A DNA stretch of 64,000 nt from an uncultured Acidobacteriota bacterium (lineage in GTDB: Bacteria; Acidobacteriota; Blastocatellia; RBC074). Positions within the stretch are counted from its first letter, which is position 1; each line of letters opens with the position of its first letter. Below are positions 18,342 through 28,682 of this stretch, in pieces. A model generated the notes under the pieces. That model did no database searches and was not told where the DNA came from. It saw only the letters and a list, made by a program, of their open reading frames with translations. Both the position numbers and the translations under genes were made by a program. The stretch covers positions 1,248,001 to 1,312,000 of the forward strand of contig CAWCKY010000004.1 of the NCBI GenBank assembly GCA_963796275.1. Direction: 5' to 3'.

Positions 18342-19552
18342 TCATGCATCTCTGCAAATTGGTTTGGAATCGCCGGCGAATCAACATGCTCATAACGCTT
18401 GAAATATTTATCTCGTTTCTCGTGGTTTTTGCGGTCATCGTGATGACTGTCTATTACATGAACAATTACATACAGCCGCTGGGCTTCGATTATCAAAACG
18501 TCTGGACTGTTGGAATAGGTGTTATCGAACGCTCCGGCGGTGACCGAATGGAGGAACGGCGGCAGTTATTGGATGTTGCGCGCCGCGTACTGGCCGCGGT
18601 GCATGAATTCAGCGAAGTGGAATCGGTTGCGGGTGCGGCAGACACACCGTATGCGGGAGGCAGGTCGCAAGGCTGCACTGACAGAAAAGGGCGGGAGCTC
18701 TGCTATTACAGAAATAGGGTCACGGACGACTTCAGAGAGACGATGAAGATCAACGTGGTGCGCGGCAGGTGGTTTGGTAAAGAAGACGACGGGGCGAGCT
18801 ACCGACCGGTAGTCATCAACCGGAAAATGGCGCGTGACTTCTTCGGCGATGAAGATCCCATAGGTAAGAGACTCTTTGAGCCAGGGCCAAATGACAAAGA
18901 TTTTATCGAAGACCGCGTCGTAGGTATAATCGATGATTTCCGAAAGGAAGGCGAGTTCGACGCATTATGGGGCTATCTCTTCACCCGCAATCCATTGGCG
19001 ATGCCGCACGGAGGCCGGTTCGATAAACTGGTAATTCGCGTGCGCCCAGGCGTTGCCGCTGCGTTTGAAGAAAAGCTCCTGAGCCGTCTGCAGTCTGAAG
19101 CCAGAGACTGGTCTTTCAAGATCAAGCCCATCGCACAAATGCGTGAAGAGAATTTGCAGGAGACCATCGTGCCGATGGTAGCCTTTGCTATCGTCGCTTT
19201 ATTTCTGATGATTATGGTCGGCCTCGGTTTGACCGGCGTGCTGTGGCAGAGCGTCACACAGAGAACGAAAGAGATCGGGCTGCGCAGAGCGAAGGGGGCA
19301 ACAAAGCGCAGAATCTACCACCAGATTCTCGGTGAGCTGTTCATCATCACAACCTTCGGATCACTCGCCGGGGTATTGGTCGTCGTGCAGTTTCCATTGC
19401 TCAATTTTCTGGGCTTTGCGGATTCGAAGGTTTATGCTGTAAGTGTCATTATCTCTCTGGCATTTGTCTATCTCCTCACCGCCCTCTGCGGTTTGTATCC
19501 GAGCCGGTTAGCAACTAAAGTTCAGCCGGCGGAAGCGTTGCACTATGAATGA
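18338..19552 (+). CDS. ABC transporter permease (MacB/FtsX family)
   Basis: QRTKEIGLRRAKGA, YPSRLATKVQPAEALHYE; ATGA overlap. Confidence 0.92.
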   Translation: MIMHLCKLVWNRRRINMLITLEIFISFLVVFAVIVMTVYYMNNYIQPLGFDYQNVWTVGIGVIERSGGDRMEERRQLLDVARRVLAAVHEFSEVESVAGAADTPYAGGRSQGCTDRKGRELCYYRNRVTDDFRETMKINVVRGRWFGKEDDGASYRPVVINRKMARDFFGDEDPIGKRLFEPGPNDKDFIEDRVVGIIDDFRKEGEFDALWGYLFTRNPLAMPHGGRFDKLVIRVRPGVAAAFEEKLLSRLQSEARDWSFKIKPIAQMREENLQETIVPMVAFAIVALFLMIMVGLGLTGVLWQSVTQRTKEIGLRRAKGATKRRIYHQILGELFIITTFGSLAGVLVVVQFPLLNFLGFADSKVYAVSVIISLAFVYLLTALCGLYPSRLATKVQPAEALHYE

Positions 19553-19585
19553 GCGAAGTAAGATTCACCACAAAAAAACCTTTCC

Positions 19586-20980
19586 ATGCGGAATCATCGC
19601 AATGAAATGATATTGATCGTCGATGACGATCCATCCGTCACGACCTCGCTCGCACTGCTCCTCAAACAAGCGGGCTATCGCTCGCAGTCCGTCTCATCAC
19701 CAGAAGAAGCCCTTGCGCAAATCAAGAACGGAAATATCGATCTCGTGCTGCAGGATATGAACTTCTCGCGCCAGACGAGCGGCGAAGAGGGCATCCAACT
19801 GCTGAATCAAATCAAGTCATCTAGACCCGATCTTCCGGTCATTCTCATCACGGCATGGGGTTCGATCAGTCTCGCCGTCCAGGGGATTCGCGCGGGCGCC
19901 TCGGACTTCATCACCAAACCGTGGACTCACCAGCAGATCATCCAGGCCGTCGACACAGCGCTTGGTTTGGCGGCGGCCACTTCGTCACAAAGCGGCGGTC
20001 ACCCGCCGACGCGCGCTCAACTCGATGCGCGCTACGTTTTCAAAGGGATCATAGGGCAGGAACCGAGATTCCTTCGAATGCTCGAACTTATCTCGCGCGT
20101 CGCGGCCACAGATGCCTCTGTCTTAATCACCGGCGAGAGCGGCACGGGTAAAGAGCTCATCGCCGATGCCATCCATCGCAACAGCAATCGCAGAGATGCG
20201 CCTTTTGTTAAAGTGAACCTCGGAGGCATTCCGACTTCGCTGTTCGAAAGCGAGATGTTCGGCCACGTCAAAGGGGCATTCACCGATGCTCGCTCGGACC
20301 GCAAAGGCCGCTTTGAAATGGCTGACGGCGGGACGATCTTTCTCGATGAGATCGGCGACCTGGACGCGAGCTCACAGGTCAAACTGCTGCGCGTGCTGCA
20401 AGACCGGACTTACGAAGCGCTGGGATCGAGCACGACGCGGACAGTCGATGTGCGCGTCATCTCCGCGACCAATCGCAAGCTGACCGAGTTGGTCGCCTCC
20501 GGGCAATTCCGCGAAGACTTGCTCTACCGTCTGAACCTGATTGCGGTCCATCTGCCGCCGTTGCGTGAGAGAACCGAGGACATACGGCTAATCGCCGATG
20601 ACCTTCTCGAAAACCTGGCAAAGGTCTATCGCCGCGAGGGTCTGTCAATCGACGAGTCAGCCGTGCGCTGGCTGCAAAATCAGCGCTGGCCCGGAAATAT
20701 TCGCCAGCTCAGACATCTCATCGAGCGCGCGATGCTCGTCAGCGGCAAAGACATTCTTCAGGTGGAAGATTTCGAGCTGACAATGGAGATGGACGCAAGA
20801 GATGAAGGCCGGGACGCGCTGCCACAAGTCGGCAGCATGACGATCGATGATTTGGAGAAGGCCATGATCGTTAAGGCGATGAAGCATTACAGAGGAAATA
20901 TCAGTAAGGTTGCTGACGCATTGGGACTGAGCCGAGCGGCGCTCTATCGCAGGTTTGAGAAGTATGGGATCAAGACTTGA
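19586..20980 (+). CDS. Sigma54-dependent NtrC-family response regulator
   Basis: REC domain (IVDDD, LQDMN, KPW), GESGTGKE, GAFTDA, FLDEIG, WPGNIRQL, Fis HTH. Confidence 0.95.
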   Translation: MRNHRNEMILIVDDDPSVTTSLALLLKQAGYRSQSVSSPEEALAQIKNGNIDLVLQDMNFSRQTSGEEGIQLLNQIKSSRPDLPVILITAWGSISLAVQGIRAGASDFITKPWTHQQIIQAVDTALGLAAATSSQSGGHPPTRAQLDARYVFKGIIGQEPRFLRMLELISRVAATDASVLITGESGTGKELIADAIHRNSNRRDAPFVKVNLGGIPTSLFESEMFGHVKGAFTDARSDRKGRFEMADGGTIFLDEIGDLDASSQVKLLRVLQDRTYEALGSSTTRTVDVRVISATNRKLTELVASGQFREDLLYRLNLIAVHLPPLRERTEDIRLIADDLLENLAKVYRREGLSIDESAVRWLQNQRWPGNIRQLRHLIERAMLVSGKDILQVEDFELTMEMDARDEGRDALPQVGSMTIDDLEKAMIVKAMKHYRGNISKVADALGLSRAALYRRFEKYGIKT

Positions 20981-21016
20981 TTTACAGTGGTCTAACCAGT
21001 CTGCTGAGGTCTTCGC

Positions 21017-22345
21017 ATGAAACCGAATCTGCACATCAGCCTTCGCCTCAAATTCATCCTATACCTCATCTTCGTCCACCTCCTCTTCGCCGGAGTCGCG
21101 ATCTACCTTCTCGCAAAACACCGCATCTGGCTGCTCGCCGTAGAGGCCATCTTTATCGCCTCGATCGCCATCGGATTGAAACTGATTCGCGGCCTCTTCG
21201 GCACGATCGAGCTGATCAACACCGGCGCGCAGTTCATTCAGGACAGCGATTTCACTTCGCGTTTCCGCGAGATCGGGCAGCCCGAGATGGATCAGCTCGT
21301 GAGAGTCTATAATCGAATGGCCGATAACCTGCGGGAAGAACGCACGCGAATGCAAGAGCAGAATTACTTCCTCGACAAAATCCTCACCGCATCTCCGTCC
21401 GGCGTAGTAACGCTCGATTTCGATGGCCGCATCGCCATGGTCAATCCCACGGCTGAAAGAATGCTGCAGGCTTACAACAGCAGCTTGATCGGCAAAAAGT
21501 TCAATGAATTGGATTCGCCTTTTGCAGGCGCGCTGAACGATCTTAACCCCGGAGAAGCGCAGATCGTCCCTCTGCTCGGACGGCGGCGCGTCAAGTGCCT
21601 GCGCGCGCAGTTCATCGACCGCGGTTTCACGCGCGATTTCGTATTGATGGACGAATTGACCGAGGAATTACGGCAGATCGAGAAGACAGCGTATGAAAAG
21701 GTGATACGGATGATGTCGCACGAGGTGAACAACTCCATCGGCTCAGCCAATTCCCTGCTCCACTCCTGCCTGCATTACTCGGGCCAATTGCGGGACTTAG
21801 ATCGCGATGATTTTGAGAACGCGTTGTTGGTGATCATCAAACGCACCGACCAGCTCAATAATTTCATGCGCAATTTCGCCGATGTCTTCCGATTGCCGCC
21901 GCCGTCCCTGCAAGCGTTCGATCTCCGGAATCTGCTTGATGACATCGTACTGCTGTGGAAAACCGAATTCGCCCGGAGAAGTATCGAATTGAGATGGGAC
22001 CTGCAAATGAATCTCCGCCCGGCGCAGATCGACCGGAGCCAGATGGAACTGGTGCTCGTCAACATCCTGAAGAACGCCATCGAAGCGATCGGTGAAGATG
22101 GCGTGATCACAATTCGCATCGGCAGTCAGGCAGGCAAGAGCTTCGTGACAATTGAGGATACGGGATGCGGCATCTCATCCGCCGTGCGACCGCATCTCTT
22201 TACGCCTTTTTACAGTACAAAAGAGAATGGCCAGGGAATAGGATTGACCCTGGTTCAAGAGATCCTGGATGCGCACGGTTTCGAGTTTTCGCTCGAGAGC
22301 CGGCCCGGACAGGCGACACAGTTTACGATCTTTATTTCCCACTGA
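21017..22345 (+). CDS. Sensor histidine kinase (HAMP/PAS, NtrY-like)
   Basis: Two TM, SHEVNNS H-box, KNAIEA, DTGCG, GQGIGL. Confidence 0.92.
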   Translation: MKPNLHISLRLKFILYLIFVHLLFAGVAIYLLAKHRIWLLAVEAIFIASIAIGLKLIRGLFGTIELINTGAQFIQDSDFTSRFREIGQPEMDQLVRVYNRMADNLREERTRMQEQNYFLDKILTASPSGVVTLDFDGRIAMVNPTAERMLQAYNSSLIGKKFNELDSPFAGALNDLNPGEAQIVPLLGRRRVKCLRAQFIDRGFTRDFVLMDELTEELRQIEKTAYEKVIRMMSHEVNNSIGSANSLLHSCLHYSGQLRDLDRDDFENALLVIIKRTDQLNNFMRNFADVFRLPPPSLQAFDLRNLLDDIVLLWKTEFARRSIELRWDLQMNLRPAQIDRSQMELVLVNILKNAIEAIGEDGVITIRIGSQAGKSFVTIEDTGCGISSAVRPHLFTPFYSTKENGQGIGLTLVQEILDAHGFEFSLESRPGQATQFTIFISH

Positions 22346-23280
22346 TGCCATCTTCGCCTACAATTAGGGCGATGCGTTTTCAGAGTCATCGGAAATCGAT
22401 CTACTACTTCACCGCGCTCGGAGTCCTTCTGGTGGCGGTGGCGGTCGCGCTAAATATCGGATGGATAGTCCTCAACTGGCGGGAGGTCGCGCTGCTCGTT
22501 CTGGGTGTGATCTTTTTCGTCCTGCTCATCGCCGGCCTGGTGCTCAACACGATCTTCCTTATCCGCGAAATCCGCCGCAGCGAACAGCACGACAGCTTCA
22601 TCAACGCCGTCACGCACGAGCTCAAGACTCCCATTGCCTCGATCCGACTTTATCTAGAGACTCTGCAAACGCGCGAGGTGGACGAGACCCGCCGGAACGA
22701 ATTCTACCGAGTTATGCTCGAAGACAACGATCGATTGCTCTATACGGTCGAGCAGATACTGCGGGCGAGCCGGGCCGGACATCCCCATCGCCCTATTCAG
22801 AAATCGGTGATCGATCTCAGCGGTCTCGTGCACGAATGTCTGGACCTTGCGCGAAAACGTACTCATATGGATGAAACCTCGCTGCGGTATATCGATATGC
22901 TCGACGACGGCGAACGGGCGCTAGTATATGGAGATTCGGATGAGCTGCGGGCCGCCGTTTCAAACCTCATCGATAACGCAATCAAGTATTCGCACGAAGA
23001 GGTCAATATATCCGTCGAAGTCGCTGCGATCGATCAAAAACAGGTGGTCGTGCGCGTAACCGACCAGGGCATCGGAATCCCGCGCGGCGACCTGAAACAG
23101 ATATTTAAAAGATTTTATCGCGTGCCGCGGCGAGTCGCATTCAAAGTTAAAGGGACCGGTCTGGGACTTTTTATCGTCCGCTCGGTCGTGAGCAAACACG
23201 GCGGCAAGACTTTCGCCGACAGCCCGGGCGAAGGTTTTGGCAGCACCTTCACCATTCTCCTCCCCAGAGTCTTTGAATAA
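22345..23280 (+). CDS. Sensor histidine kinase (HisKA/HATPase); start may be 22372
   Basis: Two TM, THELKTPI, DNAIKYS, DQGIG, GTGLGL; TGATG overlap with the upstream kinase. Confidence 0.9.
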   Translation: MPSSPTIRAMRFQSHRKSIYYFTALGVLLVAVAVALNIGWIVLNWREVALLVLGVIFFVLLIAGLVLNTIFLIREIRRSEQHDSFINAVTHELKTPIASIRLYLETLQTREVDETRRNEFYRVMLEDNDRLLYTVEQILRASRAGHPHRPIQKSVIDLSGLVHECLDLARKRTHMDETSLRYIDMLDDGERALVYGDSDELRAAVSNLIDNAIKYSHEEVNISVEVAAIDQKQVVVRVTDQGIGIPRGDLKQIFKRFYRVPRRVAFKVKGTGLGLFIVRSVVSKHGGKTFADSPGEGFGSTFTILLPRVFE

Positions 23281-23284
23281 ACCC

Positions 23285-24022
23285 ATGAGCGCTGTACTGA
23301 TCGTCGAAGACGAACAACATCTCGCCGATGGCTTGCGTTTTAACCTCGAAGCTGAAGGTTACGAGGTACAAATCGTCCCCAACGGTGAAACCGCGCTGAA
23401 ACTGCTGGAACAGTATCCTGAGCGATTCGACGCCGTCGTACTAGACGTTATGCTGCCCGGCATAGATGGATTCGAGGTGGTATCGCAACTGCGAGCCTCG
23501 GGGCAATTCGTTCCTACACTAATGCTCACCGCGCGCAGCAGGCCTGAAGACGTCTTGCTGGGCTTTGAAGCCGGCGCGGACGATTACTTGCCAAAACCGT
23601 TCGAACTATCTATCCTGATCGCCCGTTTGAGAGGGTTATTGAGAAGGCGCGAGTGGTTTCACCGTTCCCAGAGTGCAAATGAACATTATCTACAGGAACA
23701 GGATAGGTCGTTCACTTTTTCTGGTAAAACTCTCGATTTCGACTCGCTCGAATTGCGTGCGGGAGGGAAAAAAGTTAGGCTGACGCTGATGGAAGCCGAA
23801 CTTCTGCGTTACCTGGTCAAGCATGAAGGCGAAGCGGTTTCGCGGCGCAACGTTCTGGAAAACGTCTGGGGCTTACGTGAAGATACGGACACGCGAGCAA
23901 TCGATAATTTCATCGTTCGATTGCGAAAATATATCGAAGACGATCCGACTAAACCACGCCATCTTTTGACTGTGCGAGGCGTGGGCTATCGGTTCGTTGC
24001 AGAGCCGGAATCCAGGCAGTAG
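23285..24022 (+). CDS. OmpR/PhoB-family response regulator
   Basis: IVEDE, LDVMLPG, GADDYLPKPF, winged HTH ending LTVRGVGYRF. Confidence 0.95.
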   Translation: MSAVLIVEDEQHLADGLRFNLEAEGYEVQIVPNGETALKLLEQYPERFDAVVLDVMLPGIDGFEVVSQLRASGQFVPTLMLTARSRPEDVLLGFEAGADDYLPKPFELSILIARLRGLLRRREWFHRSQSANEHYLQEQDRSFTFSGKTLDFDSLELRAGGKKVRLTLMEAELLRYLVKHEGEAVSRRNVLENVWGLREDTDTRAIDNFIVRLRKYIEDDPTKPRHLLTVRGVGYRFVAEPESRQ

Positions 24023-24190
24023 CCCCTATCTCAAAGTTTCGAAAAATCGAAAATTTGAGAATCTGTCCCACTGTCGGCTACTGCCTGGCCGACGTAACAA
24101 ACAGAACGCCTTGAGTTTGTTACGTCATATTAACCCGTCAACTATAGATTTTCTCTGCTATAGTTTTATTCACTATAGCCTATCTATAGG

Positions 24191-27100
24191 TTATCTCAAT
24201 CTCTTGATCATACGACGGTTACCATAGTCTGCGGGTGAGAAGGGCGTTCTGATGCTCCAGATCGAACTCTTAGCCGCAGGCGACCCCTCTTCAGCCGAAA
24301 AAATCCCCTCATCAGCCAAACCGCGCCCCGTCCTGGTCAGCGAAAGCGTGTAGCTTCCTGAAGTAAATTGGCTGCCTGATGGTGTCGCATACACAAAATA
24401 TGTGCCCGTGTATGGTAATGTCGCCGAGATCATTGCATCGATCCCTTTTGCCCCTCCGCCGCTATTGTTATCAAAAGCTAAGCGAGAGCCATCCGTCAGT
24501 TTGAGCTCGAGGAACGAATCGATCAATTCAGAGCTCATTCTTATCTGCACCTGATCGCCCGCCGCTCCCTGGAACCGGTAAACATCGAAGGATGCGCCGG
24601 CAGAGGTTTGCCTGTCACCCGGGCTGATGCTCTCCCGGATGTTCGCGCCATAACTGGCTACCGGAAGAGGAGCGTCAAATATGTTCAGTGAATATGGCCC
24701 CGTAGCGCTCGGATCGGCGTTTGCGCTGGTAACATTGACAATATAATCGCCGCTCACCGGGAGCGACGTCGTCAATAAGGAATCGAAATTAACCGGATTA
24801 CCATCGACACCAAGTTGACCGCTGGAGTTATCGTCTGAGGCAATCATCGTGAGCATCTCATTACTATTACCATCGAGGGTTACCTGAAAAAGCGTAACCG
24901 CTGTATCGAAACTTGGCGATCTCATATCGATGGTGATGTTTGAGTTGGCAGATGCTGAAAAGCGATACGAGTCATATAAGTATGGCCTCCTGCTGATATC
25001 GCCCGGCAGAACCTGGGCACCATCAGTGGGCGCCAGACTTCCGTTTATCGGTTGCCCGACTGCTACTCGCTGCGCTGCGGGTGGTGGGGGAGTACCTCCG
25101 AGAGGCGGGGCAATGGTGAAGGTGACGACGTTCGAAACCTGGCCATTGGCGGAAAATTGCAGCGTGACTTGCAGCCGTCCGGTATCGGCCGGAATTAACT
25201 GCGCTAAAGCTTGTGGGATGACGAAATTGGTCTGATCAATACCGATGAGGCTAGTCGCACCCGAGAAACGGATATTCGCTTCCACACCCTGAACCAGCAC
25301 TGTGAGCATGTCTGCACCACGACTTCCGGTCGATAAAACAGCCACAATGTTTGGCCGGCCGTTTGCATCGGCGATAGGAACAGGTTTTTCGGAACCATCC
25401 GGATTGGTGATGGTGTCGTAAGTTAATCCGTCATAAGTCGTGTAGGCGAAGGCGGTTCCTCTGCCCGACCCATTTCTTGAAAATATGCCCGGTGAGGCGT
25501 CCGCAATCTCCACCAATCTGGTTTGCGTGGATCCATTGGCATTGGTCAACTCGACTAACACCGTACCGCCCCCTGAGAATGCGTCCGGCACAACCACATT
25601 GATTTGTCCGGTCGTTGCATAGGAGACGGCTGCAGGAATGGCGTTAAACCTCACGCTTATGCCGCCGAGCGTCGTAGGCGGAGGAGTCGTTGAGGCAATG
25701 AAAGTCTGACTGCCTTGAGTCTGGAAAGCGCCGAATAGCGAAGCCAGAGAATTGGGAGCTACCGGTCCCATATTGAAACTCGCGGAGTTCACGAGTACAA
25801 AGCCGGAATCCAATTTCGAGGGAGTGAAGTTTGTTTGGACCGCGATATCAGTGATCACCGAGCTGGCAGCAATGGAATTGTTGGCGCTCACTGCCGTCGC
25901 CACGCCGGTGCGCAGATTGACCCGGAAAAGCTGGGATTGCGTGGCGCCGGGTGGCGTAAACGATGCGTAACCGGTGCCGCTGGAATCGGAGATGTCAAAT
26001 CCGACCTGATTGCCTGCAACCACGCCGAGCGGCCCGATGGTTGAAACCTGGCCGCCATTGGGCGAAACAGGCGCGCCACCAGCTGAGCCCAGCCGCGCCA
26101 GTACATTCCTGGAAGAATCGATCACGAAGAGCGTGGTCGGGGTGGGCGGTGTGGTCCCAGTAAAGTTATTAGTGTAAGCCGCCGCAGTTCCGACCGGAAT
26201 TTGGCCCGCGAAAATATCGCCGACCGCGTAAACCAGGCTCCCATCTGTTGCCGCCAGCGCTCCGTTGTTCGGATTGAGCCGGAGATTCTGACCTTGTTGA
26301 TCACTTATGACGCGAATACGGTCAACCGTCGGATTGAAATCGAAACCGAAAGAGGTGCCCGTAAGTGCGGGACTGAACGGCACAGCGCTGACCAGGAAAG
26401 CCAGGCCAAAATTCGTGTCGATCGTATAAATATTGCTCCGGTTCGTCATACCGAAGAGCTGCCCGGTAGCTGGCCTGAAATCGATTCCGACGATCGTTTC
26501 ACCCGATTGCAGCCCGTTGATCGGCACCGAACGAGTGATTATGCCGGGAGTCCGGCTATTAAAGGTGGCGAGAGTATTGCCGGACGTCACCGCATATACT
26601 CGCTCCACACGTAAGCCGATCGCAATGTCCCGAATAACATCACCACCCGCAATCGTCCCTATTGGAGTTGCAACACCACTGGCCAGATTGAGAGTAAAGA
26701 GAGTAGAAGTGGTCGGTGTATCTTGAAGCGTTAATGAGGCAAATGCCGCTCCGGTATCTCCCGCGATATCGAGGCCCACGTCATCGGTCACATTCAGCGG
26801 CATCCCCCCTGCAGTGAGCCCGCGTATTGTGAAAAGCCGGCCCGTATTCGGAGAAACGGAGGGGGATACATCCATGAGCGTGCCCTGACTCACGAGAATA
26901 TCTAGATTGGAATCAATACCATATAAAGTCGTCGCATTCGTATTGGGAACATTGGGCGCCGCGCCCGCGACATTATTAGAGTAAGCCGACGCGACCACAT
27001 TCGGGTCTATGCCCACATTCGAATCAGTGGAATCATATGCAAGGTTTGAGTCAACCCCATTAAGCGCCAATGTACCATTGTTAGGATTGATACGAAGGTT

Positions 27101-28330
27101 TTGATCATTGCCGTTCGTCAGACGAATCAGATCCGGCACCGGATTGAAATCGAATCCGAGCTGTGGGTTGTTGCTCGCCGACGTAACAAAAGCCTGGGAA
27201 ACAGCGGTCGCCAGCCCCGAAGCAGTATTGAGCGTGTAAATACGACCTGAAATTCCGATCGAGTAAAGCTCTCCCGTCGCCGGACGGAAATCGAGAGCCA
27301 CCAGACTCTCGCTCATAGGAATCCCGGTTATCGGAAGTGTGCTGATCGGAGTTCCCGGTGTGCCGCTGTTGAAGGTCACCAGGCTATTGCTCTGGGTGAG
27401 CGCGAAAATGGTCTCGACGCGGGTTACGATCGCTATGTCTCTGATCGGCTCGCCACCGCCGATCTGCGAGATGATCGTCGCCGTGCCGGTAGGCAAATCA
27501 ATCCAGTATAAAGAAGATGAAGTGGGAGCGCTCGGCGACGTCAATGAAGCCAGAGCCATATTTCCCGGCGCGGAAATGTCGAATCCGACCATTTCATTCG
27601 TGTCCACGCCCAGGCCTTGACCAACAGTGTTAAGTTGACCGCCGTTGGGCGAAGGGTCGCCGTTCGGACCTCCTTGCATCACGAGAGTGTCCAGATCGGA
27701 ATCGATGCCAAATAAGGTCGTCGTCGTCGCACCGGAGAAACTATTAGCATAGGCAGAGCCGACTATATTCGGGTCTGCGCCCGCATTCGCATCGGTTGGA
27801 GCAAACGCCAGGGTCACGTCGACACCGGCCATCACGCCAGTGTTGGGATTAACGCGCAAATTTTGGTCATCCAGATTCGTCACAACACGAATAAGATCCG
27901 GCACAGGGTTGAAATCGACGCCATAGGCGCCCCCCGTCACTCCTGGAGTGAATGGCGCGGTTCCTACCTGCGCCACCGCGCCAGTCAATGTATCGATCGT
28001 GTAGACCCGGCTCTGGTTAGTCACACCGAAAAGCTGCCCCGTGCGCGGGCGAAAATCGACACCAACAACCAGCTCGCCAGCTTGTAAGCCGGTGATGTTG
28101 ACTGTGTTATTAATCGAGCTCGGTGTAACTAAATTGAAATTGATCAGTTTTCCGCTCGCCGTTACCGCATAAACCATTCCTTCCCTTTCGGGAACAGGGG
28201 ATAGGCCGTAAGCGCTGACTTTCGTTGGTAGTACTTCGATTTGGAGATACGGGATTGCTGAATAGCTTAGCATCCCAATGGTGAGGAACATCAATACTAT
28301 CAGATTTTTATATCTTTTTTTTAATCTCAT
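24191..28330 (-). CDS. Large exported protein: 3x DUF4394 + TIGR03437-like domain + 2x PPC-like domains
   Basis: Three repeats of (G/A)xDFRPxTGxL...DFNPxxDxIR...AYxN; VNSASF...PVAPNSLASLFG...GQINVVVP...SPGIF; D-Y-F...I.M.S..D..L...DDN..G...LP..G.Y motifs. Confidence 0.8.
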   Translation of the reverse strand: MRLKKRYKNLIVLMFLTIGMLSYSAIPYLQIEVLPTKVSAYGLSPVPEREGMVYAVTASGKLINFNLVTPSSINNTVNITGLQAGELVVGVDFRPRTGQLFGVTNQSRVYTIDTLTGAVAQVGTAPFTPGVTGGAYGVDFNPVPDLIRVVTNLDDQNLRVNPNTGVMAGVDVTLAFAPTDANAGADPNIVGSAYANSFSGATTTTLFGIDSDLDTLVMQGGPNGDPSPNGGQLNTVGQGLGVDTNEMVGFDISAPGNMALASLTSPSAPTSSSLYWIDLPTGTATIISQIGGGEPIRDIAIVTRVETIFALTQSNSLVTFNSGTPGTPISTLPITGIPMSESLVALDFRPATGELYSIGISGRIYTLNTASGLATAVSQAFVTSASNNPQLGFDFNPVPDLIRLTNGNDQNLRINPNNGTLALNGVDSNLAYDSTDSNVGIDPNVVASAYSNNVAGAAPNVPNTNATTLYGIDSNLDILVSQGTLMDVSPSVSPNTGRLFTIRGLTAGGMPLNVTDDVGLDIAGDTGAAFASLTLQDTPTTSTLFTLNLASGVATPIGTIAGGDVIRDIAIGLRVERVYAVTSGNTLATFNSRTPGIITRSVPINGLQSGETIVGIDFRPATGQLFGMTNRSNIYTIDTNFGLAFLVSAVPFSPALTGTSFGFDFNPTVDRIRVISDQQGQNLRLNPNNGALAATDGSLVYAVGDIFAGQIPVGTAAAYTNNFTGTTPPTPTTLFVIDSSRNVLARLGSAGGAPVSPNGGQVSTIGPLGVVAGNQVGFDISDSSGTGYASFTPPGATQSQLFRVNLRTGVATAVSANNSIAASSVITDIAVQTNFTPSKLDSGFVLVNSASFNMGPVAPNSLASLFGAFQTQGSQTFIASTTPPPTTLGGISVRFNAIPAAVSYATTGQINVVVPDAFSGGGTVLVELTNANGSTQTRLVEIADASPGIFSRNGSGRGTAFAYTTYDGLTYDTITNPDGSEKPVPIADANGRPNIVAVLSTGSRGADMLTVLVQGVEANIRFSGATSLIGIDQTNFVIPQALAQLIPADTGRLQVTLQFSANGQVSNVVTFTIAPPLGGTPPPPAAQRVAVGQPINGSLAPTDGAQVLPGDISRRPYLYDSYRFSASANSNITIDMRSPSFDTAVTLFQVTLDGNSNEMLTMIASDDNSSGQLGVDGNPVNFDSLLTTSLPVSGDYIVNVTSANADPSATGPYSLNIFDAPLPVASYGANIRESISPGDRQTSAGASFDVYRFQGAAGDQVQIRMSSELIDSFLELKLTDGSRLAFDNNSGGGAKGIDAMISATLPYTGTYFVYATPSGSQFTSGSYTLSLTRTGRGLADEGIFSAEEGSPAAKSSIWSIRTPFSPADYGNRRMIKRLR

Positions 28331-28682
28331 TTCAGAGGACCTCCTGTCAGGTCGCTGGGCTTCGAAGCATCAACAGTTTAGGTTGTCAAATAGTAGGTGT
28401 TGGGGGCAATGAAATTTTAACGCGACAAGCATTCGTGAGTACGCAAATCCGGATAGGAATGGATTTACATTCCGGGATAGATTTGATGGAAAAAGGTGGT
28501 TTATTTTCGACGGATGTAGTACGCCATCCCAGCAAGAGGTGGACTAGTTCACATGAACACAAAACCCCGTCATTACGTGTAATTGTAACAACGGGGATAT
28601 TGCCAGAGTGTCGGATACACTACTACTGCTTAATCAGAGGTCATCTTTTGTCGTCTTTTATTGACGGCGCATCGCCGCTACT

